Positions 1-10,930 of a stretch of 35,119 bases of DNA are shown one piece after another. Positions within the stretch are counted from its first letter, which is position 1, and each line of letters opens with the position of its first letter. The position numbers and the translations under genes are program-made. The stretch spans positions 1 through 35,119 of the forward strand of contig JAYZAY010000040.1 in NCBI GenBank assembly GCA_036339465.1, given 5' to 3'. The notes below the pieces were generated by a model. It was not told the DNA's origin. It searched no databases and saw only the letters and a list, made by a program, of their open reading frames with translations. Source of the stretch: Myxococcota bacterium. Lineage in GTDB: Bacteria; Myxococcota; XYA12-FULL-58-9; JABJBS01.

Positions 1-501
1 TTATTTTGACATCCACCCACGATAATGTTGCCCTAAGCGATAACCCCGACGACCCTACCATTGCCTCAGCGCCCTATACGGCAAACCATAGCGAGATTCC
101 TAAACCTCACCGTGAAACATACCGGAGCAATCCTCGTGGCCAGCGTGCTTAGATTTGGAAATGGCGCCCCACTCCTTGAAAACGTGGGTGCTATGTCCAC
201 TGGAAGCACGTGCAATCAAGTTGGTCATGGTCAAGAGAGCGAACACCTCTCCTACTTTACGCAATCCCACCTACAAAAGTCCGAAATGGGAGGGCCCTCA
301 AAGCGGCGACCCCTCAGCAAGTTTTTGGAAAGCGTAATCAATTATCTCAGGCCTATGGCAAGAAACAATCCCAGGTAGCGGCCCCTAAACATCAAATATC
401 GAGTGATACACTAAACGAACCAAGAAGTCTTTGCGCTAAGATCCTCACCACCCATTGCCTAAAGCCACTTTCCTCGGTAACACCCCCATGAGGAACAAAT
501 T

Positions 502-1620
502 ATGGACACAAGAGATTTTTCGTCATTCGAAGGCCTGCAACTAACAGAATCTATTCTTTCTGCATTTCGAGAAGATGGGATCCTAGAACCCAGTCCCGTC
601 CAGTTGGAGGCAATCCCCGCTATTCTAGAAGGAAAACATGTGGTTCTAGAATCGGGAACAGGAACAGGAAAAACCCTGGCCTACCTCCTCCCCATATTGG
701 AGCGCCTAAAAGATCCCACCCTTGGCCGGACCGTGGTCATGACACCAGCCACCGAACTCGCCCTCCAAATTCTCCATACTGCAAATCGGTACAAGGCCGA
801 GGAGATAACCACCGGAGCTGCGGTTTCCACGATCAAGCATAAACGGCAAAAACAAGGGGTAACAAAGAGTACCAGACTCATCGTTGGAACCTCAGGACGG
901 ATCCTAGAGCTCTATGAAGCTAAAAAGATGAAGCAAGTCACCACCATGGTCCTCGATGAATCCGACCCCATTCTCAATGGCAAAAGTGGAAATTACTTAC
1001 GCGAAGTTCTCTCACGGCCAGAGCCTAAAGTTCAGCTCATTATCGCCGCAGCAACCATAGGTCCTGAAAGCCTTAAGTTCATCAAAAAGCAAATGGGTGG
1101 GCATTACGTCCACGTTCAACCCAAAGATAATCCCCTCCATCAAAATATCGAACACTCTTTCATTGGACTTCGAACCGGTGAAAACAAAGACGTGCTCCTC
1201 GCGCGGTTCCTCGACAACAATAAGGTGAAAAAAGGCATCATTTTTGTCAGCCGAGAGCAGAGCCTAAGGCACCTCTACCGGTTTCTCACCGAAGAAGGAC
1301 TCAATCCCGTCAGCTTAAGCAATGAACGCTCCAAACTTGACAGGAAGGAGGCTATTGAATCCATGTCCACAGGAAAAGCTCGGGTGCTCATTACCACCGA
1401 TGCCGCAGGCCGAGGCCTCGATTTTCCCGAAACACCCTGGGTCTTGCACTATGAGCTCCCAACCTCCGCTCAAGCCTATGTTCACCGCGCAGGGCGGACC
1501 GGGCGAGCCGGCAAGGATGGAAACTCCGTCGCCTTTCTCTTCGACAAAGAAAGAACCGTTTTGAAACGATTCGCCAAGGAATTGGGAATCAAATGCGAAC
1601 CATATCGACGGGAAAAATAA
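502..1620 (+). CDS. DEAD/DEAH-box RNA helicase (core only, degenerate motifs)
   Basis: Q motif (FEGLQL...PSPVQLEAIP), motif I SGTGTGKT, Ia PATELA, II DESD, V TDAAGRGLD, VI HRAGRTGR; GAGGA RBS upstream. Confidence 0.92.
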   Translation: MDTRDFSSFEGLQLTESILSAFREDGILEPSPVQLEAIPAILEGKHVVLESGTGTGKTLAYLLPILERLKDPTLGRTVVMTPATELALQILHTANRYKAEEITTGAAVSTIKHKRQKQGVTKSTRLIVGTSGRILELYEAKKMKQVTTMVLDESDPILNGKSGNYLREVLSRPEPKVQLIIAAATIGPESLKFIKKQMGGHYVHVQPKDNPLHQNIEHSFIGLRTGENKDVLLARFLDNNKVKKGIIFVSREQSLRHLYRFLTEEGLNPVSLSNERSKLDRKEAIESMSTGKARVLITTDAAGRGLDFPETPWVLHYELPTSAQAYVHRAGRTGRAGKDGNSVAFLFDKERTVLKRFAKELGIKCEPYRREK

Positions 1621-1651
1621 AGATATGTTCACCTGGGATGACCAATAAAGA

Positions 1652-2323
1652 TTAAGACGGCTGCATGATTTTCTCAAAAAAATCGCCAGGAAGTCCCTTG
1701 AAAGTCCCAATCCCAAAATCGGCCAACTCTTCTGCTTTAGCAACATCCGCGCTTCGATAAGTAACGGCGACGCTGGTCATATCCGCTTTATTTGCAGCTT
1801 GAAGCCCTGCAATACTGTCTTCGAAAACCAAGCACTGCGATGGAGCAACATCAAGTCGTTCAGCTGCCAAGAGGAAGCAGGTGGGATCTGGTTTAGAAGG
1901 GCCATAATCGTCGGCACAAACATAATCGGTAAGATAGTCTCCGATGCCCATATGCTTAACCACGTCTTGTACTGATTCTCGGTTACTCGAAGTTGCTATA
2001 GCCGTTGGCATTAAACCATGTGCCCGAATCATGGCATTTCGAGAACCGGGTATTTCTGGAGGGGGGTGCTCTTCACTGAGTCTATGGAATTTTTCCTGAA
2101 GCACCGCTGGCAAATCAAGCTCCCCAAGCTCCGGATGAGCTTTCTGAACCATCTCTCCGATTTGGCGCCAGGTCGTTCCATAAAATTCTTTATAATCCAA
2201 AGAAGTCTCGGTAATATTGCTTTCATGAAGAAGTTCGGCGGTTGCTTTTTCCGTGAGGATCTCCGAATCAAGCAGGGTTCCATCCATATCGAAAATTACT
2301 GCTTTGATATTTCTTACGTGCAT
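1652..2323 (-). CDS. HAD-superfamily phosphatase (beta-PGM/CbbY-like)
   Basis: Motif I FDMDGT, motif II ATSS, motif III/IV SKPDP...VFEDS. Confidence 0.92.
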   Translation of the reverse strand: MHVRNIKAVIFDMDGTLLDSEILTEKATAELLHESNITETSLDYKEFYGTTWRQIGEMVQKAHPELGELDLPAVLQEKFHRLSEEHPPPEIPGSRNAMIRAHGLMPTAIATSSNRESVQDVVKHMGIGDYLTDYVCADDYGPSKPDPTCFLLAAERLDVAPSQCLVFEDSIAGLQAANKADMTSVAVTYRSADVAKAEELADFGIGTFKGLPGDFFEKIMQPS

Positions 2324-2373
2324 GGCATTTCCTCGGCCAGGCTCACCCCGACTCTTAGGGCCTCCTAAAAAAT

Positions 2374-4026
2374 CTAGCCCTTGGTGTGCTTATAAAATGG
2401 CGCCTCCGAAGGCGCAAGCGGCGTGTTTCCCGTAATCAAATCGGCCGCCTTTTCGGCAATCATCATGGTTGGGGCATAGATATTTCCATTGGTTACATAA
2501 GGCATAACCGATGCATCGACAACTCTGAGATTCTCAACCCCATGAACCTTCAATGAATCAGGGTGAACCACCGACATCTCATCAACACCCATTTTGGCCG
2601 TGCAAGATGGGTGAAGTGCAGTCTCTGCGTCTTTTGCCACCCAGTCTAGGATTTCCTCGTCGGTTTCAACACCAGGCCCCGGAGATATCTCCCCTCCACT
2701 AAAGGGCGCCAACGCCGATTGACTCAATATTTTTCGCGAGCACCGGATAGCCTCTACCCATTCACGTCGATCTTGGTCTGTGGAAAGATAATTGAACACG
2801 AGGCTCGGATGATCTCGAGGATCCTTAGACTTAATTTTAATATGCCCTTTTGCGTCGGAGTACATGGGCCCCACGTGCACTTGATAACCATGGTCTTCAG
2901 CCGGAGCAGTGCCATCGTAACGAACCGCTAAGGGAAGAAAGTGAAATTGCAGATTGGGATACGCTACGTCATCGTTGCTACGAATGAATCCACCCGCTTC
3001 AAAGTGATTGGTAGATGCAGCCCCCTTACGATGAAACAACCACTGATATCCTATAAACGGCTTTCTCCACCAAGCCATGGCGGGGACCATGGATACTGGC
3101 TGGACACATTTATGCTGAATATAGACTTCCAAATGGTCCTGTAGATTTTCCCCCACGCCAGGCAGGTCATGGACCACATCGATGCCCAGACCACGAAGAT
3201 GGTCTGCATCGCCGACCCCCGACAATTGGAGTAGCTGTGGTGTATTGATAGCACCCGCGCAGCTAATGATTTCTCCACCATACACCTTCCTGGTGCCGCC
3301 CCACTTTTTGACGTACTCAACACCGATGGCCTTCTTACCGTCAAACAGTACCTTGTTGGTCATAGCTCGGGTGACAAGTGTTAAATTCGGACGCTTGAGT
3401 ACGGGATGAAGATAAGCTCTCGCGGCGCTAAGTCTCCGACCTCTGTAAACATTCCGGTCGAATACGCCAAACCCTTCCTGCTGAAACCCATTGACATCGT
3501 CGGTCCGTGGATAACCGGCTTGTTCAGCCGCATCGAGAAAGGCACCAAAAAGAGGACTTTCGCAAGGCCCCTGCTCCAGCTTCAAGGGCCCTTCCACGCC
3601 ATGAAATGCGTCACCACCCGCCAAACGATTTTCCGCTTTCATAAAGTAGGGCAGGCAGTGGGCGTAATCCCATTTGTCCATACCTTCATCTTGACCCCAT
3701 TTTTCGAAGTCCATGGCATTGCCACGAATGTAAATCATCCCGTTAATACTACTCGACCCACCAAGAACCTTTCCTCGCCCATGATAGATGCGTCGATTGT
3801 TCATATTGGGCTCGGGCTCGGATTCATAGCACCAATCATAGTACTTGTTGCCCAGCGGCACCGTAAGCCCCGCCGGCATATGGATGAAGATATCCCAAAT
3901 ATAGTCGGGTCTTCCCGCTTCTAAAACAAGAACTTTCGTGGATGGATCTGCACTCAAACGGTTGGCAATCGCACAACCGGCCGAGCCACCACCGATGATA
4001 ATATAGTCATACTGATTTGCGAACAT
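2374..4026 (-). CDS. betA: Choline dehydrogenase (GMC oxidoreductase)
   Basis: GGGSAG FAD motif, [47 protein letters not shown]. Start placed at ATG 4026 (AGGA RBS) rather than GTG 4089. Confidence 0.9.
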   Translation of the reverse strand: MFANQYDYIIIGGGSAGCAIANRLSADPSTKVLVLEAGRPDYIWDIFIHMPAGLTVPLGNKYYDWCYESEPEPNMNNRRIYHGRGKVLGGSSSINGMIYIRGNAMDFEKWGQDEGMDKWDYAHCLPYFMKAENRLAGGDAFHGVEGPLKLEQGPCESPLFGAFLDAAEQAGYPRTDDVNGFQQEGFGVFDRNVYRGRRLSAARAYLHPVLKRPNLTLVTRAMTNKVLFDGKKAIGVEYVKKWGGTRKVYGGEIISCAGAINTPQLLQLSGVGDADHLRGLGIDVVHDLPGVGENLQDHLEVYIQHKCVQPVSMVPAMAWWRKPFIGYQWLFHRKGAASTNHFEAGGFIRSNDDVAYPNLQFHFLPLAVRYDGTAPAEDHGYQVHVGPMYSDAKGHIKIKSKDPRDHPSLVFNYLSTDQDRREWVEAIRCSRKILSQSALAPFSGGEISPGPGVETDEEILDWVAKDAETALHPSCTAKMGVDEMSVVHPDSLKVHGVENLRVVDASVMPYVTNGNIYAPTMMIAEKAADLITGNTPLAPSEAPFYKHTKG

Positions 4027-4889
4027 GGGCATTCCTAACAAAGGCAGGGGTTGGGCATCTACTTTTGGCTCTCTAGCTCCAAAAGTCACGTTAGTAACTG
4101 ACTCCTGCCGTCCTTTTCTAAAAAAGCAAGCTAAATTTAGGGTTTATTTTCACTCTTCTGCCCGAAAGAAAGAAAACTTTCGTCAATCTCTTTTGCCCCA
4201 TTCCGAACCAGCCCATGAATAGCACCATCCGATATTAAGACGCATTCCGCCGAGAAAAAAACATTCACGGGCGAATGCCGCCAATATTTTTGGCAAGAAG
4301 AAGCATTTTTGGGGAGAGCAAGACAATTCGGCGCGATAAAAAGAGCGAGCTAAGTTATTGTAGGTCCATAGACTTCTCAAACGCCAAAAAAAGCATACCG
4401 CCTCTCAGCCCCCATCAGACTAACTTCTATCTCAGGGAAGGCTTATGGTAATCTCCATTGACGATCTTCGAAACACCGGAGGAAAAAAGTCATCGCTCAT
4501 CCCTGCGTTAACAAAGACATTGAGTTTGGTTTCATCACGCCACCCTGCCCCACCTCATCAACAACCCAGGCATTGAAGACATTTCAACAAAACAAGATGC
4601 CCCCTAATACTGAGATTCGTAGAGCCACCAAGAAATCGCCTAATAACAACAATGACAAAAGACAAATATCAATATCAGATACTCCTCATTAATCTGATAG
4701 TGCATTCGAAAAACGCTCGATATAATCACAAACATGAGATGGAAGTTCTTTTCTTTCCTAATTATAACCGAGTACTTCATTCCTTTCATGAAACCAATTC
4801 TCATATTGCGTAAGCCCTTTTCTATCGCAAACATCCTGCTCGGAAAAAGCGGCCCGTATTTTGCGCTTCCATAAATTCTATTCCCCGCT

Positions 4890-4915
4890 TCTAATAGACC
4901 CCCCAATCTATTAGA
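4890..4915. promoter_or_regulatory. Perfect 9-bp inverted repeat, possible operator or hairpin
   Basis: TCTAATAGA-CCCCCCAA-TCTATTAGA in a non-coding gap. Confidence 0.35.
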
Positions 4916-4934
4916 TGCAGCTTATTGAGATATC

Positions 4935-5489
4935 ACTGGTTCCAAAAAACCACCATCTGATCACGGGTCACGGGCATTGGATCTAACGAGAAAGTCCCTT
5001 GGGAATTAAAATAACGTGGTTGAAAATCCGCGTAACCATAGGCATGTCGAGGGTTTGCTGCTCAAGGGAAGAGCCAAGCTCGAGTCCCAACCACGAGAGC
5101 CAATAAAGCATACTCTCCATAAACATCCTCTAGCGTAGGCATGTATCCGAAAAATATCACTCAAATAAGATTTCAGATGCTTCTTCATCACCAAAGATGA
5201 TGGTCTATTTCTTATCAATCATTGCTTTCAGCTTCCGGCTAAAGTCAGGGTCAATAGAAGCTTGTTGCCGAATGAGATCGTTTATCCCTCGTATCATTAG
5301 CAACTTACAAGTAGTAGGCAGATCGACATTCATCGTGCCTTTCCTGGCTCCCTGAATGTGTGTCTGAATAAAGGATAAAACCTTAAAAAAGTGTTCATCA
5401 ACGAACATCTTGATGTCATGCATGAAACTCAGCGACCCTTTAATCTGTTCTTTCCGTAGACCCCACTTTTCGGGCAACACGAAAGCCAA
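4935..5489 (-). pseudogene. Probable degraded gene of unknown family
   Basis: ORF 5205..5489 continues past its TAG (TIIFGDEEASEILFE*) and, after a frameshift, as FGYMPTLEDVYGEYALL...VVFWNQ with a further stop. Confidence 0.3.
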
Positions 5490-5533
5490 AAAGAGTGATC
5501 ACCTTAAGACAAGTTGTTGAACATCCTTATTGC

Positions 5534-6250
5534 TTATTTACTGGCAAAAGAAAGCCTGATGACAACACCCTCACGAATCAAATCATCTGATTTCCCAGGA
5601 TAAACAATGTCAAATTGTTTACGATTAATACTAAACTCGGCGCCGGCTATTATCTTCCCTTCATTCTGCTTAATACTGGCCGGAAAAGTCAACTCCTTCG
5701 CGATTCCGCGAATGGTCATCATTCCCTTAACTTCATGGGTACTACCCGTTTTTTCGTCTATCTTCGAAAGAATGGAGGTAGACTTAAATTTCGCTTCGGG
5801 ATGAGTCTCACTATCAAAGAAATCATCACTTCTTAGATGTTTTTCGAGCTTACCACTCCAAGGACTAGGATCCTTGTAATCCGCCACAACTGATTCAGTT
5901 CTAACCGTAAACTCGATACTCGCCTCATCCAAGTTTTGACTCTGTGGCAAAATGAATTTTCCTGACCAGTCTTTGAATTTACATTCATGGGCCCCGGATA
6001 CCTTGGAACCGATAAAGACAATATCGCCGGTCAATTCCAATATTTTTTGCTCTGCAGACTTCTGCGCTGATTTCTCAACTACCTTGCCCTCAAGGGGTTT
6101 GACAATCTCCGCATTTTCCCCGCTGGGCTTCACGGGTTTCACTTCCGCCGGCATCGCATCTTTCGAAGGGTCTTTCACACAACCACTCGCAACCATTGCC
6201 AAACCAACCGAAACCAAGAAGCTGTGCTTACATTTGTGTCTAATATTCAT
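5534..6250 (-). CDS. YceI-family lipid/polyisoprenoid-binding lipoprotein
   Basis: Lipobox VASGC; HLRSDDFFD, HPEAKFKST, GMMTIRG, FSINRKQFDI YceI motifs; AGGAG RBS. Confidence 0.9.
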   Translation of the reverse strand: MNIRHKCKHSFLVSVGLAMVASGCVKDPSKDAMPAEVKPVKPSGENAEIVKPLEGKVVEKSAQKSAEQKILELTGDIVFIGSKVSGAHECKFKDWSGKFILPQSQNLDEASIEFTVRTESVVADYKDPSPWSGKLEKHLRSDDFFDSETHPEAKFKSTSILSKIDEKTGSTHEVKGMMTIRGIAKELTFPASIKQNEGKIIAGAEFSINRKQFDIVYPGKSDDLIREGVVIRLSFASK

Positions 6251-6505
6251 CGCGATTCTCCTGTTTTTGAAAGGCCCAACCCACGGATGCTCTCCACCGA
6301 ATTTAACTCGATGGCCACAGGCAAACCATAACCAGGAAAACCATAGCCCTCTTGTGATGGGAACTCAACAATCCGGATCTTCTCGAAAGACACCCTATCG
6401 GCATTGCCCATTAAGAGCCATTCATCCCGCCGACTCGACTGATATAATTGGTTTTGCCGCCACACCACCCAATGTCCAAGCGATTATTCCACTCAAGTCT
6501 TTTTG

Positions 6506-6544
6506 GGGGTCCATCGCTGAGACTAAAGAGTAACGATGAACCCC
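6506..6544. terminator. Stem-loop 3' of serC (no U-tract on the coding strand)
   Basis: GGGGTCCATCG...CGATGAACCCC, 11-bp arms with one mismatch/GU pair. Confidence 0.3.
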
Positions 6545-6562
6545 AGTCCGAAAACGCAATGG

Positions 6563-7669
6563 TTATCCGCAACGTTTCTCGAAATCATTCATGAATTGTA
6601 GCAATGCCTCCACACTCTCATTTGGACATGCATTGTATAGACTCGCTCGAATCCCACCCACCGAACGGTGCCCCTTTAGAGCATGGAGCCCCTCTTGGGT
6701 CGCCTCGGCCAAGAATCTAGACTCAAGGCTCTCATCTCTGTTTTTCCAGGTTATATTCATCAAAGAACGACTCCCTGTTTCGGCATGAGGTCGCCAAAAG
6801 TCGCTTTCATCGAGCATCGCGTAAAGCTTGTCGGCCTTTGCTTTATTGTGCTGGCCCAATGTTTCCAGTCCACCTTGAGCTTCTTGCCATGCCAACACCC
6901 TCTCGAGGGCATAGATACCAAAGGTATTTGGAGTATTGAACATTGAGCCTTTGTCCACCTGAAGAGCATAATCCAACATCGAAGGAAGCCCCATCTCCCT
7001 CTTGGATGCAACTGCTTTACTTTTCTCAAGCACCCAAGGAGCCAAAATGACAAGCGTCACACCACTGGGGCCTAGATTCTTTTGCGCTCCTGCATAGATT
7101 AGAGCATGCTTAGAAACCTCAACGGGCCTGCTACAGATATCACTGGACATATCGGCAACCAGATTTGCCTTGGAAGCTTTTGGGGTGTGGTGAAATTGGG
7201 TGCCATAAATTGTATTGTTCGTCGTATAGTGCTGATAGACGGCATCCGGATTGGCCTGGTAATCCTCGTCTTTCGGTACTTTTGTGTAACCCTTTTCTTT
7301 GTCGTCCCAAATTGATGAACATCCCAATGACACGCGTTTCGCTTCAATCAGTGCTTTCTTAGACCACGCACCGGATACAAGATACTCCGCCTCTTCATTT
7401 GGATGAAGCAAGTTCAAGGCCAACATGTAGAATTGTAGACTGGCCCCACCCTGTAGAAATAAAACCTTATAGTCCTGTGGAATCCCCATTAAACGCCGGA
7501 TTCTCTCTTCTGCATCATGAATAACCTGGGCAAAAGCAGGACCTCGGTGTGAAATCTCCATAATTCCCGCATTGGCATTACTAAATTCTATCAAAGGCTC
7601 TTGAAGCTGCTGAAGAACCTCAACCGGCAATGCTGCCGGTCCCGCCGAAAAATTGTGTTCTCTAACCAT
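6563..7669 (-). CDS. serC: Phosphoserine aminotransferase
   Basis: NFSAGPAALP, MEISHR, LFLQGGAS, YAGAQKNLGPSG (PLP lysine), GHRSVGGIRASLYNA. Confidence 0.97.
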   Translation of the reverse strand: MVREHNFSAGPAALPVEVLQQLQEPLIEFSNANAGIMEISHRGPAFAQVIHDAEERIRRLMGIPQDYKVLFLQGGASLQFYMLALNLLHPNEEAEYLVSGAWSKKALIEAKRVSLGCSSIWDDKEKGYTKVPKDEDYQANPDAVYQHYTTNNTIYGTQFHHTPKASKANLVADMSSDICSRPVEVSKHALIYAGAQKNLGPSGVTLVILAPWVLEKSKAVASKREMGLPSMLDYALQVDKGSMFNTPNTFGIYALERVLAWQEAQGGLETLGQHNKAKADKLYAMLDESDFWRPHAETGSRSLMNITWKNRDESLESRFLAEATQEGLHALKGHRSVGGIRASLYNACPNESVEALLQFMNDFEKRCG

Positions 7670-8876
7670 CCGTTTTCTCCTCTGCTAAACTAACCGCTAT
7701 AATATGCTCTAACTCTTCCAAATACTTGATCACAGTTTCCTTAGGCGGGGAATCTATATGAAGACGTGCGCATGCCGCTTGCGCCCCCTGAAAAACAACA
7801 TTCTGCATCTCCTGAACATTGATCCCCGCCTCACGAAGAACGTTCAGCATTGAAGCCAAAACTCCCACCTTATCCACATGGCGAATCACCAACCAATGCG
7901 TCGATGGGCTTTTCTTTATCAAATTAACGCAGTTTGGAACAATGCCATTTTGCCCATACTCTTGGATAATCCGAACGACCTCGCTCGCAACAGCCTCAGA
8001 GGCCTGAATCGTGCTGGCTGCAATATGATGAGTGCCATAAACGGAGCCACAATTTGCTTCCGGTCCGCTAAAGCTGGTATCCCCTGAACTTGGCTCATTT
8101 TCATAAACATCTAGTCCCGCACGAATATTTCGCTCTTTCACCGCTTGCATCAAATCATCCGTTTTTACAATCTCACCCCGGGAAGTATTGATGACCATTG
8201 CTCCTGGCTTTAGGCTTTTCATGAGCTCTATGTCCACGAGATGTCGAGTATCGTCGGTAAGCTCAAGATGAACGGTCAATGCATCCGCGCCTTCACAAGC
8301 TTCAGAGACAGTGGCAGCAAACTGCACACCTAGGCGCTCTGCTTTTTTTGGAGTTAATGAACGACTCCAAGCCCGAATCTTCATCCCGAAAGAGTTTGCT
8401 CGCTTAATAACTTCTTGTCCAATTTGCCCTGTTCCTAAGACTGCTAAGCTACGTCCATAAAGACCAGATGCCTGTGCAAATTCCTTTTTCGACCATACAT
8501 TTTCACGCAACCTCAAAACATTGTCAGCAATCCTCCGGTCCAGGTTAACAAGATGGCCAATGGTTAACTCTGCCACTGCAATTGCATTGCACCCCGGACA
8601 ATTCGCGACATAAATTCCGCGTCTAGAAGCCTCTCCACAGTCGATGGTATTGGTTCCTGCTCCCGCCCGAATAACAAGGGCCAAGCTAGGACATGCTTCA
8701 AAATGTTGTAGCTGAACCTTCGTGGAGCGCACCACCAAAATTGAAGGCTGAAATTCCGCAAGTGCCTCGACAAGGCTCTCATCTTTGAGCGTCGGGTCTA
8801 TCTTAAGCTCTGAACTCAAGGGTTTTAAAGCATCTTCAATGTCTTCGGACAATTCGTCGGCCAACAATATTCGCAC
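7662..8876 (-). CDS. serA: D-3-phosphoglycerate dehydrogenase with C-terminal ACT domain
   Basis: RAGAGTNTID, GTGQIG, NTSRG, LDVYENEP, THHIAAST, ACT-like HVDKVGVLA. Start at GTG 8876 after GGAGG; overlaps serC by 8 bp. Confidence 0.9.
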   Translation of the reverse strand: MRILLADELSEDIEDALKPLSSELKIDPTLKDESLVEALAEFQPSILVVRSTKVQLQHFEACPSLALVIRAGAGTNTIDCGEASRRGIYVANCPGCNAIAVAELTIGHLVNLDRRIADNVLRLRENVWSKKEFAQASGLYGRSLAVLGTGQIGQEVIKRANSFGMKIRAWSRSLTPKKAERLGVQFAATVSEACEGADALTVHLELTDDTRHLVDIELMKSLKPGAMVINTSRGEIVKTDDLMQAVKERNIRAGLDVYENEPSSGDTSFSGPEANCGSVYGTHHIAASTIQASEAVASEVVRIIQEYGQNGIVPNCVNLIKKSPSTHWLVIRHVDKVGVLASMLNVLREAGINVQEMQNVVFQGAQAACARLHIDSPPKETVIKYLEELEHIIAVSLAEEKTDG

Positions 8877-8984
8877 GAGCACCTCCCCGTTCGGCACTGC
8901 TCTCTACTACAAAGAATTGCTTATGGGAAATTCGTCGTCGTGTTGTGCTTAAAAAATAACACATTGCACAATAGGGCCTAGGCC

Positions 8985-9920
8985 ATAGCAACTTAAAGTT
9001 GCTGAGACTCTCTGCTTCTATGCAAGAAACAACATTCGCCGTATCGCCAATTACCGTAAATTTACGCCGCGCATCCGAACCAATACCCACCTAAAAACAG
9101 CGCCAAAATAAATGCCAAAAGCAACTTGGGTCGGTGAGATCCGTCGGTCTAAGCCCGCCTGTTCCAATTCAATAAGAAATTCCGTCGCAGAAGCCACAGC
9201 GTGTTGACGAGAAAAGTCATCGAAAACCCACGCCACAAAAACCTGACCTAATCCATTGTAAGAAATGCAAGGGACATTTCCCGTCGCTAAAGGTGGTAAA
9301 CCCATGAATATCGAAGGATAAAACAGCAACTTCTTTGTGTTGCCTCGTCGTTCTTTTACCGCTCGAATCACCGCACCATACCGCGGGAAATTTTTCTGGG
9401 TATTTGGCCTGCCGACCAAAGGTATCCGCAAGCTTCTCTCTTTCACTTCAAGTTCGAGCCACCTCAATCAGATAGCGTTTCAACATCGGTGTCACCAAAG
9501 CAGCCCTTAAACCTGTGATGAGCATTGACAGCTATTTCTCATAATGAATCACAAATGCTATTGAGGCAGCCCTCGGCTGCCCTTGGAACCAGGCACGATG
9601 TAAGCCGCCAACCCAAAACTGCCCCTAAGGGCCACAAGACCGATGTTCACAAGATAAAATAAGACCGGCGGCGATGCCAACGCAATTGACCCCCGAATAA
9701 TATAAAATATCTCGTCAGGTTATCTCAAACGCAGCATTCAGAAACTGCGCAATCGACCGAACTTCGTTCGATAGGCTATTTCCTGACCGAAAAAAGAAAA
9801 GTTCGTGGCTCCATTGGCTACGCCGCCAAACAATAGAAGAGTCGCGCCGCCGATGGAAACATCGCCATCCAATATTCTTACAAAGTCGGCCCCCGAGTAA
9901 ACACAGAAAACATTTTCCCA
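8985..9920 (-). pseudogene. Degraded membrane-bound class III adenylate/guanylate cyclase
   Basis: Fragments in different frames: ALASPPVLFYLVNIGLVALR (TM), EREKLADTFGR, KEVAVLSFDIHGFTTFS (9301-9333), FGIYFG, GIGSDARRKFTVIGDTANVVSCIE; several stops and frameshifts. Confidence 0.8.
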
Positions 9921-9940
9921 AACGGCTCAGCTATCGAACA

Positions 9941-10543
9941 TTATCCGGCCAACTTTTGGATATTCACCGGCTCTTGACGAGGCTCCCATGGTGGAGCCAC
10001 GCAAAAATATTGCTCATTCTGCACATCGTCAACATCATCGGGATACCACAATTTCACCCACACCATGAGAAATTTGGCGCTTCTGGGAATCTTACAGGGA
10101 TATCGGTAGGTGTCCTGGCATCCAGGATCCACAAATGCGTATTTCCACTGCTCTGGAAAAAGCCGTCCATTTTCAATAACAGATTCAGGAAAGAAGAGTT
10201 GGTTGCTCAAACGAGGATATTTTTCAGGATCGGCCCCTTGAAGTTCCGAATCATCACTTATAAATCGAACGGAAAATCGAAGATTCTCAATGTAGAGGCG
10301 CACCGAACCTTTGTTCATAATATGAACCTCAACGGCTGCAATGTGCTGACCCTGATGTTGTCCTAACCAGGTAAGCTTCGTTTCAAGCTCCACTTTTGCC
10401 GCAAATGCACGGGTCTTTTTTACTTGCACGATGGATAGGACCTCTCGAAAATTCTTCGCCAGAAAGCCAAAGAATGCCCCCAGGCCCACCAAAACCGCTA
10501 CCCATCCGGGTTGCCCACCAATTTCGGGAATCCAATCAAACAT
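9941..10543 (-). CDS. Hypothetical membrane-anchored protein
   Basis: 200-aa ORF with AGGAG RBS, N-terminal hydrophobic helix (WVAVLVGLGAFFGFLA) and a beta-rich remainder. Confidence 0.75.
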   Translation of the reverse strand: MFDWIPEIGGQPGWVAVLVGLGAFFGFLAKNFREVLSIVQVKKTRAFAAKVELETKLTWLGQHQGQHIAAVEVHIMNKGSVRLYIENLRFSVRFISDDSELQGADPEKYPRLSNQLFFPESVIENGRLFPEQWKYAFVDPGCQDTYRYPCKIPRSAKFLMVWVKLWYPDDVDDVQNEQYFCVAPPWEPRQEPVNIQKLAG

Positions 10544-10645
10544 ACAACGTCACTCCTACTTGCGTTTGGCGTGGCTACATTGGACCAATTCATTGAAAGG
10601 CGCCAGATTTTGGCAGAAGCTGTATAGAACAAGGAGATAGGTTTA

Positions 10646-10668
10646 GGCGCTTCCTATATGGAAGCGCC
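10646..10668. terminator. GC-rich hairpin downstream of tetR/GNAT remnant
   Basis: GGCGCTTCC-TATAT-GGAAGCGCC perfect 9-bp stem. Confidence 0.4.
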
Positions 10669-10930
10669 CAAAGCCGTAAGCAGAGCACCTTCAGGGATTG
10701 CTCCCACCGAGTCAAACCCCATGGAATGATTCAAACTCCCCGCCCCTTCGCTTTTGAGAGCATCTGCACTCATAACCTTCCCATATCCAGAATTTTATTT
10801 AAGTTTGGAAACCGCATTTTTCATGGCAATCGTCCCAGCCTCATCCTTGATGTTTTTCATCAACAACCAAATGATGGACTTCCGCCACTTTTCTAAGGAA
10901 AGATCACTGTATCAGTGACTGTGACCATCC
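10654..10930 (-). pseudogene. GNAT acetyltransferase remnant (C-terminal half)
   Basis: AEVHHLVVDEKHQG*G-(frameshift)-GTIAMKNAVSKLK*NSGYGKV...NHSMGFDSVG, matching GNAT motif A (QGxGxG) and motif B (GF..VG). Confidence 0.6.

Noticed and set aside
1..491. Three overlapping short ORFs at the window start
   Set aside because: No recognisable motifs; may be a gene end or debris, cannot be assigned
1652..2323. HAD phosphatase as serB completing serA-serC
   Set aside because: More than 4 kb from serC, and the motifs fit the beta-PGM-like type rather than SerB
5952..6533. 193-aa plus-strand ORF
   Set aside because: Largely antisense to the YceI gene, with no protein-like features
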